Part shown: positions 9,063 through 18,959 of the stretch, piece after piece
How positions within the stretch are numbered: position 1 is the first letter of the stretch
How the letters are laid out: the number at the start of each line of letters is the position of its first letter
From: Candidatus Bathyarchaeia archaeon
GTDB lineage: Archaea > Thermoproteota > Bathyarchaeia > Bathyarchaeales > Bathycorpusculaceae
DNA length: 64,000 nucleotides
Assembly: GCA_049515895.1 (NCBI GenBank)
Contig: JBEKTQ010000015.1
Coordinates: forward strand, 1-64,000
Direction: 5' to 3'
Made by a program: the position numbers and the translations under genes
Notes under the pieces: generated by a model
What the model saw: only the letters and a program-made list of their open reading frames with translations
Told to the model about the DNA's origin: nothing
Databases searched by the model: none

Positions 9063-10075
9063 CTGATTATGTTTACTGCATCAGGCTTTACTGATTCTAA
9101 GCCGTTGACATAAACGTAGGTTAGAAAGTTAGGAACTGAATTTGTATTTGTCAAATTATTGCTTATTAGCCACCGGGACTCATCTTGCATGGCCAAAATT
9201 TGAGACTGATCGAGGGTAACTGAAAACTGATAATTTGGCCAAACAGTTGGTAAATATGAGCTACTATAATTTAGAGCCTTCGTTACTATGGCTATAGATT
9301 GGCTTTGATGATTTGTTATAAAGTTTTCAGCTGGGATTAATGCTTTCAAGAATCGCACAATCAAGTCTGAATGCGCTTTAGCCCAGCTTGTTGTACAAGC
9401 TGCATCCCAATAGCCGAATTGGTTGGCTTGGGCGGGCCATACTATGGTGTTGTTACTTAGAAGGCTCTTGATTTGGTTGATGATCGGCTGATAGGTTACA
9501 ACTGCATCTACGGTGCCATTTGCCAGGGAATTTGCCGATTGTCCATTTGGAACATTAACAAGGGTTACGCTACTTGGGCTTATGTTGTTTAGTTCAAGAA
9601 AATTGCCCCAATAGAACTGCGCAATGGTTCCAAAGGCAACTCCTACTTTTTTACCGGCGAGGTGTGAAATATTGTTAATACCTTTGTCTGTTCTGGCAAC
9701 GACATTGTAGATGTTGTATTTGGCGATGCTTCCAAACGTGTAAAAGCTATCATTCGCTAACGCTTCTTCAGCAATAACGAACTCCGATGAGAGAGCTATG
9801 TCAACCTCGCCCTTTAGCATCCCGTTCACAGCAGCGAAGCCTGAGCCGTAGCTCTTGAAAGTTACGTTTAGACCGTTGGCTGAGAAATATTTCTGGTCAT
9901 TAGCTACGTAAATCAACGAGTTAAGTTCAAGAGGAATCACGCCTATGCTGATTGATTCGACGTTGCCCACGAAGGGCCCTTGGAAATGGAGATAAACAAA
10001 TGTACTCAAAACAATAACAACGACCAATATGATAACTACTAAGACTAGCAAATTTCGTCTCTTTTGCAGGGCCAT
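9059..10075 (-). CDS. NitT/TauT (SsuA/NrtA-like) substrate-binding protein
   Basis: N-terminal anchor, YFSANGLNV, LAGKKVGVAFGT, GTVDAVV; 4-nt overlap with the kinase start. Confidence 0.85.
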   Translation of the reverse strand: MALQKRRNLLVLVVIILVVVIVLSTFVYLHFQGPFVGNVESISIGVIPLELNSLIYVANDQKYFSANGLNVTFKSYGSGFAAVNGMLKGEVDIALSSEFVIAEEALANDSFYTFGSIAKYNIYNVVARTDKGINNISHLAGKKVGVAFGTIAQFYWGNFLELNNISPSSVTLVNVPNGQSANSLANGTVDAVVTYQPIINQIKSLLSNNTIVWPAQANQFGYWDAACTTSWAKAHSDLIVRFLKALIPAENFITNHQSQSIAIVTKALNYSSSYLPTVWPNYQFSVTLDQSQILAMQDESRWLISNNLTNTNSVPNFLTYVYVNGLESVKPDAVNIIS

Positions 10076-10327
10076 CCTAAAGCGTCCTCGACAAAGAAAT
10101 TTGATTACCTTTACTTGTCAGCTAAATCTATTTATGGCTATCTAAATAAACGCAAGAAACGGATTTTTCCGGATTTTGATTAATTTAAATGTTTAGTTCA
10201 AAAGCCTTTTCAGGTGCACCCGCAAGTTTGCGTTTGGTTGACATGCGCCAGGCAACGGAGTAAGCCCTTTTTACATTTAGCCTTTTCAACCGCAGCAAAA
10301 ACAGAAATAAAGAAATAATTTTTGAGC

Positions 10328-10804
10328 TTAAGCTAAATAGACAGTTACGTTTCCATCTTTATCTTTAGCCGCACGAACCTTGATTTTTCTCGGAGGTTTC
10401 TGGATACCTCTATCCCAGATTTTCTGGTTAACTTCTTGACTTATAATAAGTCGAGGCAACTCTTCTTCTTCCTCTTCTTCAGAAACCTTCATTTCCAACT
10501 TCATATGCTTCGTTATGAAAATCTTTATCAGCTGCATCGCTCGTGAAGCACGCTTATTCGACGGCCTAACCAACGCTTTCCCCAGAGGGATGGTGTAGGT
10601 TCTCTCTTCAACAATTTCTTCCTCTTCCTTCTTTTTACGTTCAGCCTTAGTTTCCTCTTCTTCAGCAACAGCTTCCTCAGGCTTCGCTTCAGCCGAAGGC
10701 TCCGCCACTAATTCTGGAGCTTGTTCCTCAACGGTTTCTTCTTCAGCGAGCGCTGGCGGCTCTTCTTCTTCGGTGACTTTCTGCGTTTCTTCTTCATTAA
10801 CCAT
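10328..10804 (-). CDS. rpl31e: 50S ribosomal protein L31e with long acidic N-terminal extension
   Basis: EERTYTIPL...RASRAM...IWDRGIQKPPRKIKVRA. Confidence 0.95.
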   Translation of the reverse strand: MVNEEETQKVTEEEEPPALAEEETVEEQAPELVAEPSAEAKPEEAVAEEEETKAERKKKEEEEIVEERTYTIPLGKALVRPSNKRASRAMQLIKIFITKHMKLEMKVSEEEEEEELPRLIISQEVNQKIWDRGIQKPPRKIKVRAAKDKDGNVTVYLA

Positions 10805-10819
10805 CTGAATTTACGTCTC

Positions 10820-10978
10820 CTATGCCTTTATTTTCCTAGTACGCCAATTGCGCCTTTGCTTAGGGTTATTTCTAACTTTACCGTCTGTTCGGGCAATTAC
10901 CCATGTGGGAACAGACGATGCGACTCTTCCAGCTTTAGCTAGCCGAAGCTTCTTAGCTGTTGGTTTAACTCGCGCCAT
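10820..10978 (-). CDS. rpl39e: 50S ribosomal protein L39e (52 aa, missing from the ORF track)
   Basis: Manual translation MARVKPTAKKLRLAKAGRVASSVPTWVIARTDGKVRNNPKQRRNWRTRKIKA; lies next to rpl31e. Confidence 0.95.
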   Translation of the reverse strand: MARVKPTAKKLRLAKAGRVASSVPTWVIARTDGKVRNNPKQRRNWRTRKIKA

Positions 10979-10982
10979 ACTT

Positions 10983-11312
10983 TCATATCCTTCTAATTGT
11001 TGGTTCTCGCTTCCGTGTTTGAAGCTGAATTAATATCTGTTTAAGCTGAGCGTCCGACAACGGAATGGGCAACTTACCCGTCTGCGCCATCTGAATCAGC
11101 TGCATCTCAATCTGCTCTGCAAAATCCTGCTTAACCAATTTAAGGTTGTTTAGCCTTTGCTGAGCTTCAGGCGCCAATATCTTCCTAAGCAGCGCCTGCT
11201 TCTGGGATTCTATCTGGGCTTCTTCTTGGGATTGTCTTTGCTCGTCACTTACTCTACGCTGCATTGACGATAACTTTCGTCTACGGATTTGATCAAGCTC
11301 GTCATCCGACAT
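10983..11312 (-). CDS. PDCD5/TFAR19-family DNA-binding protein
   Basis: MSDDELDQIRRRKL...ILAPEAQQRLNNLKLVK; canonical position after rps19e. Confidence 0.93.
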   Translation of the reverse strand: MSDDELDQIRRRKLSSMQRRVSDEQRQSQEEAQIESQKQALLRKILAPEAQQRLNNLKLVKQDFAEQIEMQLIQMAQTGKLPIPLSDAQLKQILIQLQTRKREPTIRRI

Positions 11313-11317
11313 TGAAT

Positions 11318-11782
11318 CTATTCGCCTTGATACTTCTTGAGCGCAGGGACAGTCTTAACTACCTCTTTATGCAAGTCACCAGCGACCTCTTGAAGCAACT
11401 TACGACCTTTAGGAGTCATCCGTCTTCCCTGAGGCTTAGCAGTTTGAACCAAACCAGCAGTCTCAAGTTGCTGAAGAATCTTGCGAATGTTACTTCCCCC
11501 GGCTTTAGTAGCATGCGACTTTTTAACACCATTGTTCTTTCTTCCGCCGTAATCAGCCCGAAGCTTTTCAAGCCCGATTGGACCATGAACGTAGACTTTG
11601 CGAAGAACAGAAGCGCTTCTGGTGTACCACCAGTTTGGGTTTTGCGGCTGCTTTTCCACGTGGGTGCCTGTTTTAGCGAAGGCTGCCCATGGAAGAGGCT
11701 GGACTTCATCAACGTTTTCTCTAAGATACTTCGCTAACCGATCGATGAATTTTGAAGCTGGAACATCGTGAGGAGTAGTCAA
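11318..11782 (-). CDS. rps19e: 30S ribosomal protein S19e (probable TTG start at 11782)
   Basis: WAAFAKTG...WWYTRSASVLRKVY...GGSNIRKILQQLE. Confidence 0.96.
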   Translation of the reverse strand: MTTPHDVPASKFIDRLAKYLRENVDEVQPLPWAAFAKTGTHVEKQPQNPNWWYTRSASVLRKVYVHGPIGLEKLRADYGGRKNNGVKKSHATKAGGSNIRKILQQLETAGLVQTAKPQGRRMTPKGRKLLQEVAGDLHKEVVKTVPALKKYQGE

Positions 11783-11919
11783 GATTGCTCTAATCCTTTG
11801 TTTTTCCTTGCAGTAAAACAATGAAGCCAAATATAAATGTATTCGGATTGAGAAATTCGTGCTCACGCAATATTAAGCACATCACATTTACCCGAGCTGA
11901 GTGACCTGTCAACGGTTTC

Positions 11920-12186
11920 CTAACGCAGAGATGCTTTCGCTCTAAGCGCGAAAACTCGCAGGTCGATTCTTGACGGGCAAACATAAGTGCAGTATCCGCA
12001 GCCCTCACATAAGTCAACCCTAAGCTGCCGCAGCATTTCCTTTTTGCTTTTTTCGAAAGCCTCTTTGATTAAAACTGGACTCAAGTTGTGCGGGCAGGTG
12101 CGCATGCATACGCCGCATCTGATGCAAACGGCAGTTTTGTTTCTTTGCTTTTCAACAGAATTCTCAAGTGTTTGAAAGGTACCCAT
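11920..12186 (-). CDS. 2x[4Fe-4S] ferredoxin resembling the RnfC C-terminal domain
   Basis: CIRCGVCMRTCP and CEGCGYCTYVCPSRIDL. Confidence 0.85.
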   Translation of the reverse strand: MGTFQTLENSVEKQRNKTAVCIRCGVCMRTCPHNLSPVLIKEAFEKSKKEMLRQLRVDLCEGCGYCTYVCPSRIDLRVFALRAKASLR

Positions 12187-12396
12187 TTTTATCCCTTGCA
12201 GAAAGCTGAATCATGAAGGGAAATTATATAGGTTTTTGCTAAAACAAAATTTTCTTGCCTTTTGTATTAGGGAGCAAGAGTGAGGCTTTTCTGCTTCGTC
12301 AAAAACATGTTAACTTAGCATCAAGCGATCTGCTTTTAGCAATGCTTATTACTTATCGCAGGTGATGTTTATCTGTGTAGATTCCGAGGGCTTTTT

Positions 12397-13425
12397 ATGG
12401 CGATTGAGAAAAACCATTTGCTTTATTCTAGAGATTTCCAGTCGTACTGCAGCAACGCCCAGAAAATCATAGATTCTGAACTTCAATCGCTTTTGCCGAC
12501 CATAGCTGAGTTAAAGCTGCGAAAACAAATCGAGTATGCCCTGCAGACCAGTGGGAAAAGGCTTCGGCCTACCTTAGTTATTTTAAGCGGGGAAAGTGCA
12601 GGCGGCAACAGGAGCCAACTCCGAAAATTGGCGTTAGCGTTTGAGCTGCTTCATTTAGCGACTCTTGTTCATGATGACGTTTTGGATGAGGACATGTTTA
12701 GGCGAAACACCCTCTCAGTCTATGCGAAATGGAACGTTAAAGACGCGATTTTGGTAGGCGATGTGTTAGCCTCGCTTTCACTTTCTCTTTGCAAATGGTA
12801 CAGGCGAGAAATCCTCAACGTGATGATAGATACCTGCATTCAACTTTCAGACGGCGAGTATAGAGATGTCGAGCTAGCTGAAAAGGACTTAAACGAGAAA
12901 GAGTACTTTGAAAAAATAAGAAAAAAATGCTCATCGCTTTTCAGAGCAGCCTGTGAATGCGGAGCTCTTGCAGCTAACGGTTCGAGCATCGTGACCGATG
13001 CCATGAGGCTTTTCGGCGAGAACTACGGGGTTGCCTACCAAATAAAAGACGACATATTGGACGCAGAAGAGTGGGGAAACGATCTGCAACCCGACGTTAA
13101 CAAATTCCGAGCCACTCTTCCAATAATACGGGCGTATGAAAGCGCAGACAAAGAAAAGCAAGTGCGGTTCAAAAGGTTGCTTGCTGCAAAAACAGAGAAA
13201 AATCTCAGTGTTTTCTTAAAAGAAGTTCAGGTTTATTTCGAAAAGGATTCTTTAACTTACTGCGCAAACAGAGTAAACGAATTCGTTAATAGGGCGATTA
13301 CAAGTTTGTCTCCATTAAAAGAAACCCGGTTCAAGGGTTACCTCGTGGAGATGGCTGAGTCTTTAAGAGCCAAAGAACCCGAAATCAGCGTCGAGAAGAT
13401 TTTTGCAGAAACGAAGTTCAAATAG
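12397..13425 (+). CDS. Trans-polyprenyl diphosphate synthase, probably long-chain
   Basis: GKRLRP, first aspartate-rich motif ATLVHDDVLD, second motif YQIKDDILD. Confidence 0.92.
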   Translation: MAIEKNHLLYSRDFQSYCSNAQKIIDSELQSLLPTIAELKLRKQIEYALQTSGKRLRPTLVILSGESAGGNRSQLRKLALAFELLHLATLVHDDVLDEDMFRRNTLSVYAKWNVKDAILVGDVLASLSLSLCKWYRREILNVMIDTCIQLSDGEYRDVELAEKDLNEKEYFEKIRKKCSSLFRAACECGALAANGSSIVTDAMRLFGENYGVAYQIKDDILDAEEWGNDLQPDVNKFRATLPIIRAYESADKEKQVRFKRLLAAKTEKNLSVFLKEVQVYFEKDSLTYCANRVNEFVNRAITSLSPLKETRFKGYLVEMAESLRAKEPEISVEKIFAETKFK

Positions 13426-13511
13426 GACTGCTTCACCAGGTTGTTGCCTCGAAAAGCTTTCATTCCTAAGATTTGATTCTCTTAACTCATCTTAGCTTAG
13501 GAAGCCAAAAT

Positions 13512-15005
13512 TTGACTGAAAAATTAGAGATAACGGGTGAAGTATTATCGGACGAAGCCACGTTGAAAGCCTATTCGTTTGACATGAGCCACTATGCAGT
13601 TAAGCCCCAAATGGTTGCGGTCCCAGCAAACGAAGATGACATAGCCAAGCTAATCGCCTTTGCAAAACAGGAATCGATCCCAATAACCCCGAGGGGAGCA
13701 GGCTCAAACCAATCAGGCTCCGCCGTCGGTTCAGGAATAATTGTTCTCTTCTCCAAGATGAACGCAACTGTTAAGAAGGATGGACGAAAGGTTCAGGTGC
13801 AAGCGGGCGTTATCCACCAAGCTCTGGATCTGTATTTGGCCGCGGATGGGCTAAGGATACCCTATGACCCCACTTCCCGGTCGTTTTGCACCATCGGCGG
13901 AAACGTCGCGACCAAGGCAAGTGGGTTAAGAAGCCTAAAGTATGGGACAGTTGATTCGGCGCTGAGAAGCCTGCGTTTTTTTGATGCCGCCCATGGGTTG
14001 ATTGACACTTCAGGATGCTTACCACAAAACGTTGAAGAAGCCGTACTTGAACTAAAAAAACGACTTATCAGCGATAAAGAGGCAATTGGCATCTTGAACG
14101 TCCGAGGCAACCTCAAATCCAGCAGCGGCTATAATCTGTGCAGCCTAATCCAGCACGAGGAGCCAAGCGAAATTGTCACTCACCTTTTAGCAGGTTCAGT
14201 TGGCACGCTGGGTGTTTTCAGCGAAATAGAGTTGGAGGCAGTTCCCATCCCTGAAAGCCGCAAACTATACATCGTATTTTTCCATTCCTTGCAAGAAGCA
14301 GCAGAAGAGGTGGGAAAACTGGTGAACTTCAAACCATCGGCTATTGAACTTATGGACGCTTACGGTGTCGATTTGCTCAAAGCAACAAACAAAGTCAAAG
14401 TGTCTCCTGATTGCAAAGCGGTTCTGTTTGTCGAATTCGACTCCGACTTAGACCAAGCAAGCATCCAGATGGCTAGCTATTTGAAGGGAAAATCAATAAA
14501 ATTCTCAGTCGAAAATAACCCGAAAAAGCAAGATGAACTCTGGAAAATCAGAGAGTCAATGCTGCTTTGGATAATGAATTCGCTGGAAACGCCGCAGAAG
14601 AGATTCCCGCCTTTTGCAGATGACATAGCCGTACCTCTAGGGCAGCTGCCGAATTTCGTTGCTGCCGTTCAGCAGATATTGGCGAGCTTCGGGACGATCG
14701 CAGTGATTTATGGACATGCAGGTGAAGGAAACCTCCACATAAGACCAATGATCAATATTGAGAACTGGGAAGAAAGCCTCAGAAATCTATCAAGCCTTAT
14801 TTTCAACGCAGCCCTGAAAGCAGGCGGAACCATAACGGCCGAGCATGGACTTGGAAGAAACAGGTCCCTGTACCTTCTTAACGAATGGGGAGAAAAGATC
14901 TACCGCTACTTCATGGAAGTCAAAAAGATTTTCGACCCTGTCGGAATCTTGAACCCAGGAGTAGTGTTCACATCGGATGATTTAACAAGAAACCTCAAGC
15001 TATAG
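13512..15005 (+). CDS. FAD-linked oxidoreductase, GlcD/D-lactate dehydrogenase family
   Basis: PRGAGSN, CTIGGNVAT, GSVGTLG, GHAGEGNLH and AEHGLG; TTG start uncertain. Confidence 0.9.
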   Translation: MTEKLEITGEVLSDEATLKAYSFDMSHYAVKPQMVAVPANEDDIAKLIAFAKQESIPITPRGAGSNQSGSAVGSGIIVLFSKMNATVKKDGRKVQVQAGVIHQALDLYLAADGLRIPYDPTSRSFCTIGGNVATKASGLRSLKYGTVDSALRSLRFFDAAHGLIDTSGCLPQNVEEAVLELKKRLISDKEAIGILNVRGNLKSSSGYNLCSLIQHEEPSEIVTHLLAGSVGTLGVFSEIELEAVPIPESRKLYIVFFHSLQEAAEEVGKLVNFKPSAIELMDAYGVDLLKATNKVKVSPDCKAVLFVEFDSDLDQASIQMASYLKGKSIKFSVENNPKKQDELWKIRESMLLWIMNSLETPQKRFPPFADDIAVPLGQLPNFVAAVQQILASFGTIAVIYGHAGEGNLHIRPMINIENWEESLRNLSSLIFNAALKAGGTITAEHGLGRNRSLYLLNEWGEKIYRYFMEVKKIFDPVGILNPGVVFTSDDLTRNLKL

Positions 15006-15186
15006 CCTTCGACAATGGGCGCAATTGTAGTGTGGCAGCTATAGCAAACTCTTAATACCTGAAAAGCTCCCCTTTTAAATGGTGTTCTTGTGCGTTTTCT
15101 AGAGTTAAACTACCGTGAAAGTTCCATAAATCCATGCTTCGTATTAAGCAGGAAAACTCGCACTCGTGAAGCGGGAGCTGATTGAA

Positions 15187-16398
15187 ATGGCAACCCAAAC
15201 TAAAACAGCCACTTCGCCAACCGCTAAAGATACTGGTTTACGCGGAGTTCTTATCGCAGACACGGCAATATCGCTTATCGACGGATTAAAAGGCGAGCTT
15301 TCTTACCGCGGATTTGACATCCACGACCTAGCCGCTTACTCAACAAGTGAAGAAGTCGCCTATCTCCTTTTGTACGGCAACCTGCCGACATCGTCACAAG
15401 CCGAAGAGTTCTCCAAGACGCTCGCAACGCAAAGAAAACTGCCGCCGAGCATAGTTGAAGTTCTCAAAAAGCTTCCCAGCACAGCCACACCGATGGATGT
15501 TTTGCAAGCAATCATACCTTTGCTAGCGGAATCTGACGCCGAAAAGCGCAACGACTCGAAAGAAGCTAACATGAAACGTGCAGCTCGGCTTGTAGCCGTG
15601 TTACCCACCATCGTTGCGTTTTGGGACAGGATCAGAAAAAACCAGTCCCCGGTTGAGCCAGACGCAAAGCTTGGCAGGGCTGCAAATTTTCTTTACATGC
15701 TTACGGGCAAAGAGCCAGACGAAGAGACGGCTAAGGATTTTGACACCTCCCTGGTTTTGCATGCTGAACACTCGTTTAACGCCTCCACCTTTGCCGCAAG
15801 AGTAGTGGCTTCAACACGAGCACACATGTACGCCGCAATAAGCGCTGCGGTTGGGTCTCTTTCAGGCGAGTTACACGGGGGCGCGAACATGCAGGTCATG
15901 CGGAACCTCGTTGAAATCGACGACCCAGACAAAGTTGAACCCTGGGTCAAAGCAAAGTTTGACAATCATGAACGCGTCATGGGCATGGGCCACGCAGTCT
16001 ACAAAGCATTAGACCCCAGAGCTGATTTGCTGCAACACATCTCAGAGAAACTGGCGAGGCGAACAGGCGAGCCGAAATGGTATCTAATTACCAAGGAAAT
16101 CGAGTTTAATACTCAACGCGAATACCGCCAGCGCAAAGGCGGCGAAATCTACCCAAACGTTGACCTGTATAGCGCCTCCGTCTACCACATGCTCGACATC
16201 CCCGACGATCTATTCACGCCCATCTTCGCAATAGCAAGAGTCCCGGGATGGGCGGCACACATAATCGAAGAAAAGTTTCCCGCGCCGCCAATCAAACCTG
16301 AACTTTACCGTCCAAGCGCACAGTACCAAGGCAACTACTGCGGAATCATAGGCTGCAAATACGAACCAATGGCTAATCGGAGCACAGTAAATCAATAG
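15187..16398 (+). CDS. gltA: Citrate / 2-methylcitrate synthase
   Basis: GLRGV, HAEHSFNASTF, LHGGAN, MGMGHAVYK, PNVDLY. Confidence 0.93.
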   Translation: MATQTKTATSPTAKDTGLRGVLIADTAISLIDGLKGELSYRGFDIHDLAAYSTSEEVAYLLLYGNLPTSSQAEEFSKTLATQRKLPPSIVEVLKKLPSTATPMDVLQAIIPLLAESDAEKRNDSKEANMKRAARLVAVLPTIVAFWDRIRKNQSPVEPDAKLGRAANFLYMLTGKEPDEETAKDFDTSLVLHAEHSFNASTFAARVVASTRAHMYAAISAAVGSLSGELHGGANMQVMRNLVEIDDPDKVEPWVKAKFDNHERVMGMGHAVYKALDPRADLLQHISEKLARRTGEPKWYLITKEIEFNTQREYRQRKGGEIYPNVDLYSASVYHMLDIPDDLFTPIFAIARVPGWAAHIIEEKFPAPPIKPELYRPSAQYQGNYCGIIGCKYEPMANRSTVNQ

Positions 16399-16498
16399 AC
16401 GGCGGTAAAGTAACCGTAACTTTTTTGCGTGTGTCCGCGACGTTTAGCCTGAGTATTTTTGAGGAAAAAGATTTCTGAACCCACCGTTCGTTGATCCA

Positions 16499-17233
16499 TT
16501 ATACAGAGCTGCTGCTTTTTGGTCGCAGCTCTTCCATTATTCTTTTTCTAACTTCCAAAATATGCTTAGTAACCTGAATAGCCTTGGGGCAAACCAGCGT
16601 GCATCGATAGTAAGTTTTGCAGCTCCATGTGCCGTGGGGTTTGTCCATAATCTGCAGGCGTTCAATCATGTCTTTAATTCGACTGTCAAAAATGTACCTG
16701 TGTGCGCGAACAATGGCTGCCGGACCTATGTAAGCAGGGTCTTCTTTCTGGCTGACTGGGCAGGCGGAGACACAGCAGGCGCACATTATACATTTTATGT
16801 CATCGTCAAACTGCGACCGCTCCTCAACCGTCTGCTGATGCTCCTTGCCTTCTTCGGTTGTCGTTAAGATTATGCCGTCAGGCGGGTGAACTGATTTTTC
16901 CCTCGCAAAAAATTCATTCAAATCTACCACTAAATCCTTGACAACTGGAAAGACACTCAGAGGCTCGATCAAGATTTCCTTGTCGGCTGGGTAGTCGCTA
17001 ACCAGTTTCTGGCAAGCCAACGCTGAAACCCCGTTAATCGTCATCCCGTCTGAGCCACAGATGCCATGTGCGCAACTCATTCGGTAGGCCAAGCTGCCGT
17101 CTTGTTCCCATCGGACCTTGTTAAGGCAGTCAAGCAGCCTATCTGTCGATTTTGCATCGACGAAAAAATTGTCATAACGGGGTTCCTTGTCGACTTGCGG
17201 ATCGAACCTGAAGATTCTCAACTTAACGTTCAT
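16499..17233 (-). CDS. sdhB: Succinate dehydrogenase/fumarate reductase Fe-S subunit
   Basis: SCAHGICGSD...LAC, CIMCACCVSACP, CKTYYRCTLVCP. Confidence 0.95.
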   Translation of the reverse strand: MNVKLRIFRFDPQVDKEPRYDNFFVDAKSTDRLLDCLNKVRWEQDGSLAYRMSCAHGICGSDGMTINGVSALACQKLVSDYPADKEILIEPLSVFPVVKDLVVDLNEFFAREKSVHPPDGIILTTTEEGKEHQQTVEERSQFDDDIKCIMCACCVSACPVSQKEDPAYIGPAAIVRAHRYIFDSRIKDMIERLQIMDKPHGTWSCKTYYRCTLVCPKAIQVTKHILEVRKRIMEELRPKSSSSV

Positions 17234-17234
17234 G

Positions 17235-18959
17235 CTAATAAGTCCTCGCTTTAGGTTCAAAACGGGTAACAACAACGGGTTTGTACCGCGCTTCAAGTCC
17301 TTTGGCGGTGTGGAAAACAAGTGTGTGTTTTAGCCAAGCTTCGTCGTTGCGGTCGGGAAAATCGTTGCGGTAGTGGGCTCCGCGGCTCTCTTCGCGGTTC
17401 AACGCAGAGTAGACAATAACTTCGGAAAGCTTCAGCATGTTTTCCAGCTCCAGCGCTCCTTCAAGCTCATAGTTGAAACGTCTGCCGCGATAGCTTAGCC
17501 CAAGATTAGCCATTCTACCTTGAAGCGTGTGAATTATCCTCAGCGCTTGCTCCAAACCCGCCTGGTCACGGAAAACGCTGCATAACAGAGTCATCACCTT
17601 TTCCATCTCTTGACGGATCACAGCAACACGTTCCTTCCCAGAAGAAGCTAGAACCGAATCGATTTTTGAAGAAACCAGGCGCTCAACACCCGCGCCAAAC
17701 TGGGTTTGCGGGTTCGCAGCAACGTAATTCGCGATGTGCAAACCTGCCCTTTTTCCGAAGACACCCAAGTCAACCAGCGAATTGGTTCCAAGTCTATTTG
17801 CCCCATGAACGCTTACGCATGCGCATTCGCCTGCAGCGTATAACCCAGGAATAACGGTGGATTTCTCATCTGCCAGAACCCGCGCTTGAGCATCAGTAGG
17901 GATACCACCCATCATGTAGTGACACGTTGGCGCAACAGGAATTGGCGTTTCGCTGGCGTCTATTCCGAGGTAGGTCTTCACAAACGATGTAACTTCCGAA
18001 AGCTTGAGCTGCAACTGGTCTTTTCCAAGATGAGTCAAATCCAAGTAGACATAGTCAGATCCTTCGATGCCTCTGCCTTTCGCGACCTCGGTTAAGATGG
18101 CTCTGGAAATGATGTCTCGTGGCGCAAGATCCTTCAGTGTGGGCGCGTAACGTTCCATAAACCGTTCACCCTTGCCGTTTAGCAGCACGCCACCCTCAGC
18201 TCTGGCTGCTTCGCTGACTAGTATGCCTAAGCGGTGAATACCAGTTGGGTGAAATTGGACGAACTCCATGTCTTCAAGCGGAACACCTGCATCGAACGCC
18301 AAAGCGAAACCGTCTCCCGTGGCGGCAAACGACATCGAAGTGGTTTGGAAGATTCTGCCGCAACCACCGGTAGTCAACAAAACTGCCTTTGCATGGAAAA
18401 CTATCGGTTCCCCTGTGGCCAGCTCGTACCCTAAGACGCCACTGCATTGTCCTTCAGACATTAGAAGTGATGTGATGAAGACTTCGTTGAATATTTTTAC
18501 TTTCCGAACCATACAGTGGTCATAGAGCGTGTCCATAATAACGCGCCCAGTCCTATCTGAGGCGTAGCAGGCCCGCTTGACAGGCGCTTCCCCGAAGTTT
18601 TTAGTGTGCCCGCCGAATCTGCGCTGCTCGATCTTCCCTTTGTCGTTGCGACTGAAGGGAACCCCAAGATGCTCCAGCTCAATCACCCTTGCCGGTGCTT
18701 CCCGAGCCAAGATTTCAGCCACATCCTGATCGGCTAAATAGTCGCTTCCTTTCACCGTGTCGAACATGTGCCATTCCCAATGGTCTTCTTCCTCGTTCCC
18801 AAGAGCTGCCGCAATGCCGCCTTGTGCCGCGCCGCTGTGACTGCGGGAAGCATACACCTTGCTAACTACAGCTGTGTTACATGTTTCTGAAGCCGTCAAG
18901 GCAGCCGTCATGCCTGCGATGCCCGCGCCAACTATTACCACATCAAATTCTTGAATCAT
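17235..18959 (-). CDS. sdhA: Succinate dehydrogenase/fumarate reductase flavoprotein
   Basis: [15 protein letters not shown] (covalent FAD His), QFHPTG, HYMMGG, HGANRLG, ESRGAH. Confidence 0.96.
   Translation of the reverse strand: MIQEFDVVIVGAGIAGMTAALTASETCNTAVVSKVYASRSHSGAAQGGIAAALGNEEEDHWEWHMFDTVKGSDYLADQDVAEILAREAPARVIELEHLGVPFSRNDKGKIEQRRFGGHTKNFGEAPVKRACYASDRTGRVIMDTLYDHCMVRKVKIFNEVFITSLLMSEGQCSGVLGYELATGEPIVFHAKAVLLTTGGCGRIFQTTSMSFAATGDGFALAFDAGVPLEDMEFVQFHPTGIHRLGILVSEAARAEGGVLLNGKGERFMERYAPTLKDLAPRDIISRAILTEVAKGRGIEGSDYVYLDLTHLGKDQLQLKLSEVTSFVKTYLGIDASETPIPVAPTCHYMMGGIPTDAQARVLADEKSTVIPGLYAAGECACVSVHGANRLGTNSLVDLGVFGKRAGLHIANYVAANPQTQFGAGVERLVSSKIDSVLASSGKERVAVIRQEMEKVMTLLCSVFRDQAGLEQALRIIHTLQGRMANLGLSYRGRRFNYELEGALELENMLKLSEVIVYSALNREESRGAHYRNDFPDRNDEAWLKHTLVFHTAKGLEARYKPVVVTRFEPKARTY

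Noticed and set aside
11783-11866. N-terminal extension of S19e in the ORF track
   Set aside because: It covers a TATA-like element, and homology begins at the TTG at 11782.
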